A DNA stretch of 20,000 nt from Chiloscyllium plagiosum. Taxonomy: Eukaryota. Where the stretch lies: positions 55,390,357 through 55,410,356 of the forward strand of contig NC_057719.1 in assembly GCF_004010195.1 (NCBI RefSeq), read 5' to 3'. Of this stretch, positions 1 to 8,310 are shown piece by piece; the first letter of the stretch is position 1, and each line of letters begins with the position of its first letter. Made by a program: the position numbers and the translations under genes. A model generated the notes under the pieces. That model ran no database searches. It was not told the origin of the DNA and worked only from the letters and a program-made list of their open reading frames with translations.

Positions 1-1045
1 GAGGATAATGCGTTGTATCTGGAGATTAGTGGGGTGAAAGGTAAGGACCAGGTGGAGTTCTATCCTTCTTGCTGTTGGAGGGGTGGGGTTCAAGGGCAGA
101 AGTGCAGGAGGTGGAGGAGATGTGCTGGAGGGCATTGTTGATCACATGGGAGGGAAAATTGCGACCCTTGAAATAGGAGGCCATCCGGGATGTTCTGGAT
201 TGCTCCTCTTGGGAGCAGGTACAGCAGAGGCGGAGGAATTGGGAGTAAGGGATCATGTTTTTACAGGAGGTGGGTGGGAGGGGGTGTAATCCAGGTAGCC
301 ATGGGAGTCGGTGGGTTTGAAATAGATATCTGTATTGAGTTGGTTGCCAGTGATCGAGACGGAGAGGTCCAGGAAGGGGAAGGAGGTGTCTGACATGGTC
401 CAGGTGAATGCAAGGTCAGAGTGGAAGGTGTTAGTGAAGTTGATGAACTGGTCAACCTCCTCGAGGGGGCACGAGGTGGTGCTGACACAGTCATCAATGT
501 TACAGAGGAAATGATGGGCTGCTTCATGTGTCCTACAAAGAGGCAGGCATAGCTGGGGCCCATGCAGTGCCCATGGTTACCCCTTTGGTTGTAAGGAAAT
601 GGGAGGATTCGAAGGAGAAGTTGTTGAGGGTGAGGACCAGCTCTGCCAATTGAATGAGTGCGTCGGTGGAGGGGGACTGGTTGGGTTGGTAGGAGAGGAG
701 AAAAAAACGAAAGGCTTGGAGGCTTTCATGGTGGATAGACATGTATAGGGACTGGATGTCCATGGTGAGGACAAAGGGTTGGACACTGGGGAAACGAAAG
801 TCATGGAGGAGAAGGAGGGCCTTCTCAAATGCATGTGGGGAGTTCCTGGAACAAGGGGGACAGAAAGGTGACAAAATATGAGGAGGTAAGTTCGGTGGGG
901 TAGGAGCAGGCAGAGGCAGGGGTCAGGTTTGTAGATTTTGGGGAAGAGGTAGAACTGGGTGGTGCAGGATTGCGGGACTATGAGGTTGGAAGCTGTAGAT
1001 GGATGATCCCCCGAGGTGACGAGGTTGTGGATCGTCTGGGATGGC
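1..1045 (-). mobile_element. Penelope-like retroelement, degenerate reverse transcriptase region (frameshifted; runs off the left edge)
   Basis: Minus-strand translations give PLE RT motifs in order: FYLFPKIYKPD (~925-960), LTMDIQSLY, LAELVLTLNNFSFESSHFL..KGVTMGT, MGPSYACLFVG, then thumb/linker MASYFKGRNFPSHVINNALQ...KKDRTP. The motifs are split over several frames. Confidence 0.88.
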
Positions 1046-1585
1046 CAACCACTTCAACTCCTCCTCCCACTCCCCTAAGGACGTACAAGTCCTGGGTCTC
1101 CTCCACTGCCAAATCCAAGCCACCTGACGATTGGAGGAAGAACGCCTTATCTTCCACCTTGGGATCCTTCAGCCACACAGCATCAATGTCAACTTCACCA
1201 GTTTCCTAATCTCCCCTCCCCCCCACCTCATCCTAGATCCAACCCTCCAACTTGGTACTGCATTGTTGACCTGTCCAGCCTGTCTTCCTTCCCACTATCC
1301 GCTCCACCCTCCCCTCTGATCTATCACTATCACCCCCAACTTCATCTACCTATCACATTCACAGCTACCTTCCCCCATCTCCAACCTCCTCTGATTTATC
1401 TCTCAGCCCCCTTGGGCTCACTCCCCAACCATCCCCCTGCACCATCCCCCCCACATTCCTGATGAAGAACTTATGTTCAAAACATCGACTCTTCTGCTCT
1501 GCGGATGCTGCCTGACCGGTTGTGTTTTTCCAGCTCCACATTTTTTGACTCTGATCTTCAGTATCTGCAGTCCTCACTTTCTCCT
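1041..1585 (+). mobile_element. Penelope-like element 3' end: GIY-YIG endonuclease C-terminus plus pyrimidine-rich 3' UTR with hammerhead-like motif
   Basis: Reads ANHFNSSSHSPKDVQVLGLLHCQ...RLEEERLIFHLGILQPHSINVNFTSF (PLE endonuclease C-terminal HF..H / E..LI..LGTL.P.G.N pattern). The 3' UTR is colinear with the copy at 5524-6028 and both end in ...gtatctgcagtcctcac.ttctcct. Confidence 0.85.
1459..1486 (+). ncRNA. Degenerate hammerhead-ribozyme-like core in PLE 3' UTR
   Basis: CTGATGA-A-GAAC-ttat-GTTC-AAAAC: conserved CUGANGA box and a 4-bp stem II. The GAAA box is mutated to AAAA, consistent with CpG decay of CCCGAAAC-type sequence. Confidence 0.55.
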
Positions 1586-1819
1586 TCTCTCTTATTCACC
1601 CTCAACAACTGAAATATTGGTGAAACTACATTGTGCAATTCCTCCATTATGTAACTTGAAGATTTCCCCTTGTTTGGTGCAATATCAATTCTGGTTGTTG
1701 AGGATTCTACTTTATAAAGTCATGGGATAAGATATTCACCTTTAGCTGGTGCCTTCCCAGACATTTCAGCATTTAATGTGTGACTGGAGTTTGCCATAAC
1801 GCTTAGTCAACACACATAC

Positions 1820-1960
1820 CCACCCCCCACCATATTTCTGATGAGGGGCTTATGCCCAAAGCGTCGACTCTCCTGCTCCTCAGATGTGGCCTGGTCGGCT
1901 GTGTTTTTCCAGCACCACACTTTGTGACTCTGATCTCCAGCATCTGCAATCCCCACTTTC
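1820..1960 (+). mobile_element. Short PLE 3'-terminal fragment (same family as 1041-1585) with hammerhead-like motif
   Basis: ctgatgaggggcttatgcccaaagcgtcgactctcctgctcctcagatg...gactctgatctccagcatctgcaatccccactttc aligns by eye to 1459-1585 and 5901-6025. Confidence 0.8.
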
Positions 1961-2170
1961 TTCTAGGATACACTTGACCAGATCCTGGTGATTTATCTAC
2001 CTTTAAGTGCTTTAAGACTTCCAGAGCCTCTTCTTCTGTAACATGGACTCTTTTCAAGACATCATTATTTACTTGCTTGAGTTCCCTAGCTTCCATCTCT
2101 TTCTCCATGGTAAATACTGATGAGAAACATTCATTGAGGTTCTCAGCAATCACCTGTCATTCCACACATA
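1961..2170 (-). mobile_element. CR1-clade LINE internal ORF2 fragment (region upstream of RT)
   Basis: ORF 1803..2153(-) contains AENLNECFSSVFT...VTEEEALEVLKHLKVDKSPGSGQVYPR, the typical CR1 'LN.YF.SVFT ... LK..KSPGPD.IYPR' segment. Similar to 15630-15730. Confidence 0.85.
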
Positions 2171-2274
2171 GTCAATGTGTCTGAATAACACTGAGGTGAA
2201 AATAACTGAAGTGTGGCACAGGCTATAGGGACTTAGCCATCGTTTTATATCTATTTTTAATCAAGCTGTTCAGA

Positions 2275-2362
2275 CATGTTGTGATACACCAAACAGCAGA
2301 TTGGGTCTTGAACTGAGCTCTCCTGGTGCAGAGGTAGGAACATTACCACTGTACCATAAGAA
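2275..2362 (-). mobile_element. Decayed tRNA-derived SINE head
   Basis: Reverse complement tggtacagtggtaatgttcctacctctgcaccaggagagctcagttcaagac has an A-box-like (TGGTACAGTGG) and a B-box-like (GTTCAAGAC) motif at tRNA-like spacing. Confidence 0.5.
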
Positions 2363-2675
2363 ACCTTAAAATCAGTTTATACCCTGTCCAATTTTCTTTA
2401 GGAGGTAAGTCAGGTGGCACGCCAATTCAAATGATAAATAATTTGATCAGCAACTGTGAAGCAGAAAGTATCTTCTCCAGTAGAAATGCCAGAAAAAAAA
2501 TCTTAAATATCTCTGGAATCACAAACATATTCACAAAATGAACATTAGACATCCGATATTATTGCCTGTAATTAAGTATTACTTCATCACAAAAGTCATC
2601 TTAAAATACCATAGCTGACCGTAATTATCCTGAGCGGGCAGTATTTCATAAAATCATAGAATCCCTACATTGTGG

Positions 2676-2844
2676 AAAGTTAAAAATCACACAACACCAG
2701 GTTATAGTCCAACAGGTTTAATTGGAAGCACACTAGCTTTCGGAGCTGGTGTGCTTCCAATTAAACCTGTTGGACTATAACCTGGTGTTGTGTGATTTTT
2801 AACTTTGTACACCCCAGTCCAACACCGGCATGTCCGAATCATGA
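2676..2844. mobile_element. PLE-derived fold-back insertion: 63-bp inverted repeat plus 3' tail, 13-bp TSD
   Basis: 2676-2738 pairs with 2744-2806 (one T:G mismatch; loop ttcgg). It is flanked by ctacattgtggaa at 2665-2677 and 2845-2857. The sequence resembles a shark PLE 3' terminus (from recollection, not searched). Confidence 0.8.
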
Positions 2845-2954
2845 CTACATTGTGGAAGCAAGTCATTCGGTCTATGGAGTCCACACCGAGCCTCCAAAGA
2901 GCATCCCACCCAAAACGCATCCCCCCTATCCTATCCCTGTATCCCCGCATTTCA

Positions 2955-3041
2955 TTGAGTCATGGAATTGTACAGTATGGAAACAGATTCAACTCATCCA
3001 CGCTGACCAGATATCCTAACTTAATCTAGTCCCATTTACTA
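2955..3041 (-). mobile_element. Very short CR1 3'-UTR insertion
   Basis: Matches 14215-14310 (gtacag.atggaaacaga...tcca.gc.gaccagatatcc.aac..aatctagtccca). Flanked by gcatttca at 2947-2954 and 3042-3049 (8-bp putative TSD). Confidence 0.75.
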
Positions 3042-3526
3042 GCATTTCACATGGCTAATCCACCTACCCTCCACATCCCTGGGCAACTTAGCATGGCCAA
3101 TCCAACTAAACTGCAAATCTTTAGACTATGGAAAGAAACCACAGCATCCAGAGGAAACCCACACAGATGTGGGGAGAATGTGCAAACTCCACACAGTCAC
3201 CTGAGGGTGGAATCGAACACAAGTACCTTGATAATTGAAATGTTTAACACATGGAATATAGGGAGAATTAGCCATTTGGATACAGAACTGACTCAAAGGC
3301 AAAAGGCAGAGGGTAGTGGCAGAGGGATGTTTTTCAGACTGGAGGCCTGTGACCAGTGGAGTGCCACAAGGATCAGTGCTGGGTCCACTACTTTTCATCG
3401 TTAATATAAATGAATTGGATGTGACCTTAACAGGTATAGTTAGTAAGTTTGCACATGACATGAAAATTGGAGATGTAGTGGACAGCTAAGAAGATTACCT
3501 CAGTTACAATGGGATCGTAATTGTAA

Positions 3527-4393
3527 CTGTTTGTCATTTTTATAAATGACCTGGAAGAGGGGTTAGAAGGTTGGGTGAGAAAGTTTGCGGATGATACGAA
3601 AGTCGGAGGAGTTGTTGACAGTGAGGAAGGATGTGGCAGGTTACAGCAGGATATAGAGAAGCTGCAGAGCTGGGCAGAAAGGTGGCAAATGGAATTCAAT
3701 GTAGCTAAATGTGAGGTGATTCACTTTGGGAAGAATAACAAAAAGATGGGGTACTGGGCTAATGGTCGGAAACTTGGTAGTGTGGATGAGCAGAGGGATC
3801 TTGGTGTCCATGTACACAGATCTCTGAAAGTTGCCACCCAGGTAAATAGTGCGGTGAGGAAGGCATATGGCGTACTGGCTTTTATTGGTAGAGGAATTGA
3901 GTTCCGGAGTACTGAGGTCATGATGCAGTTGTATAAGACTCTGGTACGGCCGCATCTGGAATATTGTGTGCAGTTTTGGTCGCCATACTATAGGAAGGAT
4001 GTGGAGGCACTGGAACGGGTGCAGAGGAGGTTTACCAGGATGTTGCCTGGTATGGAAGAAAAATCGTATGAGGAAAGACTGAGGCACTTGGGGCTGTTTT
4101 CACTAGAGAAAAGAAGGTTTAGGGGCGACTTGATTGAGGTGTACAAGATGATTAGGGGGTTAGATAGGGACGACAGTATGAACCTTTTCCCGCGTATGGA
4201 GTCGGGTATTACAAGGGGGCATAGCTTTAAATTAAGGGGGGGTAGATATAGGACTGAAGTTAGGGTTAGGTTCTTCACTCAGCGAGTCGTAAGTTCATGG
4301 AATGCCCTGCCAGTAGCAGTGGTGGACTCTCCCTCTTTATGGGCATTTAAGCGGGCATTGGATAGGTATATGGAGGATAGTGGGTTAGTATAG
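3527..4393 (+). pseudogene. CR1 ORF2 C-terminal portion (RT catalytic FADD motif, thumb and C-terminal domain); 5'-truncated, not an independent gene
   Basis: ORF track 3575..4393: KFADDTK, WQMEFNVAKCEVIHFG, RDLGVHV, LYKTLVRPHLEYCVQFWSP, RRFRGDLIEVYK, TRGHSFKL, FFTQRVVSSWNALP. Confidence 0.9.
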
Positions 4394-4454
4394 GTTAGGT
4401 GGGCTTGGATCGGCGCAACATCGAGGGCCAAAGGGCCTGTACTGCGCTGTATTC

Positions 4455-4482
4455 TTCTATGTTCTATGTTCTATGTTCTATG
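4455..4482 (+). repeat. (TTCTATG)4 LINE 3' tail microsatellite
   Basis: Four perfect copies read directly. Confidence 0.95.
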
Positions 4483-5523
4483 TAATCAGCTGGGCCAATG
4501 GGTTGAGAAGTGGCAGATGGAGTTTAGTTTAGATAAATGTGAGATGCTGCATTTTGGAAAGGCAAATTAGAGCAGGACCTATGCACTTAGTGGTAAGGTC
4601 CTGGGGAGTGTTGCTGAATAAACAGACCTTGGAGTGCAGGTTCAGAGCTCCTTGAAAATGGAAGTGCAAGTAGATAGGATAGTGAAGAAGGCATTTGGTA
4701 TGCTTTCCTTTATTGGTCAGAGTATTGAGTACAGGAGTTGGGAGGTCATGTTGCGACTGTACAGGACATTGATTAGGCCACAGTTGGAATATTGTGTGCA
4801 ATTCTGGTCTCCTTCCTATCAGAAAGATGTTGTGAAACTTGAAAGGGTTCAGAGAAGATTTACAAGGATGTTGCCAGGGTTGGAGGATTTGAGCTACAGG
4901 GAGAGGTTGAATAGGCTAGAGTTGTTTTTCCTGGACCATTGGAGGCTGAGAGGTGGCCTTACAGAAGTTTATAAAATCATGAGGGGCATGGATAGGATAA
5001 ATAGACAAAGTCTTTTCCCTAGGATGGGGGAGTCCAGAACTAAAGGGCATAGGTTTAGGGTGAGAGGGGAAAGATATAAAAGAGACCTGAGGGGCAATAT
5101 TTTTACACAGAGGGTGGTACGTGTATGGAATAAGCTGCTCGAGGAAGTGGTGGAGGCTGGTACAATTGCAACATTTAAAAGACATCTGGATGGGTATATG
5201 AATAGGAAGGGTTTGGAGGGATATGGGTCAGGTGCTGGCAGGTAGGACTAGATTGGGTTGGGATATCTGGTCAGCATGGATGGGTTGGACCCAAGAGTGT
5301 GTTTCAATGATGTACATCGCTATGACTCTATAACACATGGCTTAGATCTTGTACTGACATTAGCAGCAGTGGGGTTAACAACTATCACTATTATTATGGA
5401 GTATATTTAAAAGCAATATCTGAAATAGGTTTCAGTGTTACCAAGTGAACACAACGGATATTCCTCAGCATTGTGTAGTCAAAAAGCTGTCTTGTGGGCC
5501 TGAGTATCAGACTGATGCAGCCA

Positions 5524-6028
5524 TCAAACACACTGCCCCATGGCTGAACAGTTAAACTCCACCTCCTACTCCATCAAGGACATGCAGGTCCTGGGCCCCC
5601 TCCACCACCAAACCGTTACCACCCGACGCCTGGAGGAGGAACACCTCATATGCCGCCTTGGGACCCTGCAACCGCAAGGGACAAATGTGGATTTCAACAG
5701 CTTCCTCATTTCCCCTTCCCCCACATTATCCCAGTCCCAAACCTCCAACTCAGCACCGCCCTCCGGACCTGTCCATCACTCTCCCCTCTGACCTATCACC
5801 TTCTCCCTAACCTTCATCCACCTATCACTTTCTCAGCTACCTTTCCCCAAACCCCACCCCCTCCCGTTTATCTCTCAGCCCCGACTCACACGCCTCATTC
5901 CTGATGAAGGGCTTATGCGCAAAACGCTAATTATCCTGCTCCTTGGATGTGAACTGACCTGCTGTGCTTTTCCAGCACTACACTGTCAACTCTGATCTCC
6001 AGTATCTGCAGTCCTCACATTCTCCTCC
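5524..6028 (+). mobile_element. 5'-truncated Penelope-like element (GIY-YIG C-terminus plus 3' UTR) with 12-bp TSD
   Basis: ORF 5540..5791 KDMQVLG...RRLEEEHLICRLGTLQPQGTNVDFNSF. Hammerhead-like CTGATGAAGGGCTTATGCGCAAAAC at 5901-5925. Flanked by perfect ctgatgcagcca at 5512-5523 and 6029-6040. Confidence 0.9.
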
Positions 6029-6479
6029 CTGATGCAGCCACTGGGAAGCTAAATATGGGTTTTCAAACGAATAGCAGTGGTTTGTCATGTCTGCGATTGC
6101 AGGCCTCCCTACAGCAGCTTCAGTTTGGAGTACTTTCCCTTTAAATAATAATTGTGGGGAAACTCAGTTTATGAATGTCCTGCTGAGAGTGCTTGGAGCA
6201 CATTGCTAAATGGACCTGCCTATTCAAAACTGACAAATATGAAACATGTCAGGCTGAGAGACTGCTTGGCATTGCAATTTGACCACTGTGAAATCTTCTG
6301 TTGCTCATAGAAATCAGCTGCATTGGTGTCCTTACCAGCTTGGTATGCTGCACAGGTTGTTCCAGTAGTAGCTGGAAATAGGGTACCTGCGATTTTGGCA
6401 ACCCAAATCCTTCAGTCTTTTATCAAGTAGTAAACTCTGCTACACCACATGATAGTTTATCCTGTAACTATCTATTTCA

Positions 6480-6730
6480 TAAGAACATTGTTGGACTTAA
6501 GAAACAAACCATATCATTAATTGTTGCCAAAGTGGAACATACATCCAAAAAATATCCCAAACTAAAGGCTGTCATGGAAAATAGTTGCACATTGTGTATG
6601 CAACAAGAACAGATAATGGATGAAAAATTCACTGCTACAACAATACAGTGTATACAAATGATCCTACTTTGTAGGTGTGTAATAACAAAGGAAAGCAAGG
6701 CAACAAACCAAAGATGGAGAAAATACAGTC
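6480..6730 (+). mobile_element. Possible highly decayed RTE-clade LINE 3' coding remnant
   Basis: Scattered peptides KQT..KVE, RTDNG*K (cf. RTDNRWTK) and QRWRK occur in the order expected for the RTE ORF C-terminus. Heavily frameshifted. Confidence 0.25.
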
Positions 6731-7528
6731 AATGAACAATATACACCTCAAAGGATATCTCACATAAAGTAAAGGAGAACCAAAGTACAGCTCCATTGAT
6801 CCTGAAACAGTCCCACAGTGCCGTTTTCAGACAACATTATCTAGAAATCCAAAAATGTGGATCAATATTGATTTCAGTATCCCACTTGGGAACAAACTTG
6901 TGGAAAGAACATAAGATCCATCTGGACAATATTTATTTAAAAGTGAATTGGAAATAAAGCAGGCCTCAATGGCGATAGGTGTGTCAAAGCCAAATGATAA
7001 ATGAGAATTGAAACTCCAACTGACATTATGCGGCACAAAGCCCCAAAGACCTAGCTAGTAAAACTCAGGTTCAAATATCAAGCAAAGGTGGTGTCAAAAT
7101 CCAGGATAGTCCAACCGCATTCATAAATTAGAAGCACAGATTTGTGGTTGCAATCCTAAAATGCAAATGACTGTAGTCCTAAAGGAATCTTTAATGGTAC
7201 ATATGCTGTTCTAATGCAGTTTCTATTTAGAACATTGATTCTTTTCCTCAAAGAATATTAAGATATTTCTGTTCGATTAAAACAAAATGAAGCAAATTCA
7301 TGCTGGCTGTTAATTTATAAGTTTTTTTTAAATAAAATTTTGTGCTATTAATCAGTGCATAGCTTGCCATTTGTGTCTTACAACAGAAAGCTTAAATGTA
7401 TCATGGATGAATATTTCTAAATTATTGCGGCATGAACTTTGACACATCTTTGAATATTCTTAATGGATTAGATTCTGAGCACAGTGAAGTTTGATTTCTA
7501 TGCTTCAATAATATCATAGATAGGCCAT

Positions 7529-7586
7529 GCAGTCTCTGTGGAGAATGAAAGAGAATTAACATCTCAGGTCAATTATCTTTCATCAA
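7529..7586 (-). mobile_element. Decayed short PLE-type 3' fragment with eroded hammerhead-like motif
   Basis: Reverse complement ttgatgaaagataattgacctgagatgttaattctctttcattctccacagagactgc resembles 16448-16510. Confidence 0.5.
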
Positions 7587-7744
7587 GTCTCCGTAGCCAG
7601 ATGAGGAGGACCTCCCTAATCCATTGTTTATGTTCCAATCTCAAACATGGAGAATGGCCAGTGTGCATCGAGGAGATTGGTGCAAATGATTTAGTTACTA
7701 CTTAGATTTAATACACTTTTTTAAGATCATTACAGTTATGATAA

Positions 7745-7805
7745 TTAGTAGGCCATATCGTTTCCTCAAGCCTGTTCCTCCATTCAGTAAGATAATGGTT
7801 GATTC
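7745..7805 (-). mobile_element. Old CR1-type 3' end fragment
   Basis: agtaggccat...cctcaagcctgttcctccattcagtaagataatggttgat resembles a common elasmobranch CR1 3' terminus in reverse (from recollection). Confidence 0.45.
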
Positions 7806-8206
7806 ATGGGTTTTGGTGCCTGTGTAGGGAGTATGACAAACACAACAAGTTCTTAATAATGTAAGCAGTTAGCACTCACATCACATACAAATGATAGTTT
7901 AGCATAGGCCTGCACACAGTGGGATATGGAGGACTCGAACAAGGAGGGCCATAGACTGCCTCTTCATGAACCTTGATATAACAGATCTAATTCTTGTTTA
8001 TGAAGCACAAGCCATGTTTCACAAATACAGTAGGATGTCATAAGTGTTGTAGGATTACTAAACATTACTAGTCATCCCTTCCTCCACCATCACCACCTCA
8101 CATCACCCAAGATAGGCAGCATGCCAAATGTGTCTATTATCAAATACTTACATTTCAAGGTGAGAGAAAGTCAGTTCCATGTCCTTCTACATCTTATGAA
8201 ACTTTG

Positions 8207-8310
8207 ACACAAAAGCTGAAGTTGCCGGAGAAACTCAGCGGGTCTGGTAGCATCTGTGGAGAGAAAGCAGAGTTAATGTTTTGAGACAAGTGACCCTTTT
8301 CCAAACTGAA
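8207..8310 (-). mobile_element. Short PLE-type 3' fragment (second family), homologous to 16445-16548
   Basis: Reverse complement aagggtcacttgtctcaaaacattaactctgctttctctccacagatgctaccagacccgctgagtttctcc aligns with aagggtcactggacccgaaacactggactctg...cacagttgctgccagacctgccgagtttctcc. Confidence 0.75.

Larger units (their letters stand above)
2647..3228 (-). mobile_element. Older HE1-like V-SINE, 5'-truncated and interrupted by two insertions (2678-2844, 2955-3041)
   Basis: Segments 2647-2677, 2858-2954 and 3050-3228 align to the intact SINE at 10703-11018 (e.g. gggcaacttagcatggccaatcca...gaggaaacccacacag...gtgcaaactccacacagtc). B-box reverse complement ggaatcgaac at 3209-3218. Confidence 0.85.
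3522..4482 (+). mobile_element. Young 5'-truncated CR1-clade LINE with intact ORF2 C-terminus and (TTCTATG)4 tail
   Basis: Stop-free frame from ~3527 (LFVIFINDLEEGLEGWVRKFADD) to TAG at 4393, with many retained CpGs. Perfect heptamer tail at 4455-4482 and gtaat at both ends (3517-3521, 4482-4486). Confidence 0.93.
3245..5333 (+). mobile_element. Older CR1-clade LINE (HER1-like), 5'-truncated; RT domain to 3' end, split by a younger CR1 at 3522-4481
   Basis: 3300-3515 encodes the QRVV...WRPVTSGVPQGSVLGPLLF-type RT motif and resumes in register at 4487 (QLGQWVEKWQMEF). Residual ORF 4634..5245 contains LYRTLIRPQLEYCVQFWSP...LERVQRRFTRMLPG. The 3' UTR ends ...ctatgactctat. Confidence 0.92.

Noticed and set aside
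83..1209. Plus-strand ORFs 83-289, 190-393, 970-1209 and other short ORFs overlapping TEs
   Set aside because: They are antisense or off-frame shadows of PLE/CR1/SINE sequence with no independent coding evidence.
2676..2806. Palindrome as CRISPR repeat, bacterial terminator or classic MITE
   Set aside because: It is a single hairpin in a vertebrate context with no spacers. The 13-bp TSD encloses an extra unpaired tail, which fits a retro-insertion better.
3641..4278. Long minus-strand ORFs (148, 66 and 96 aa)
   Set aside because: Antisense to the intact CR1 ORF2, a common by-product of LINE codon usage.
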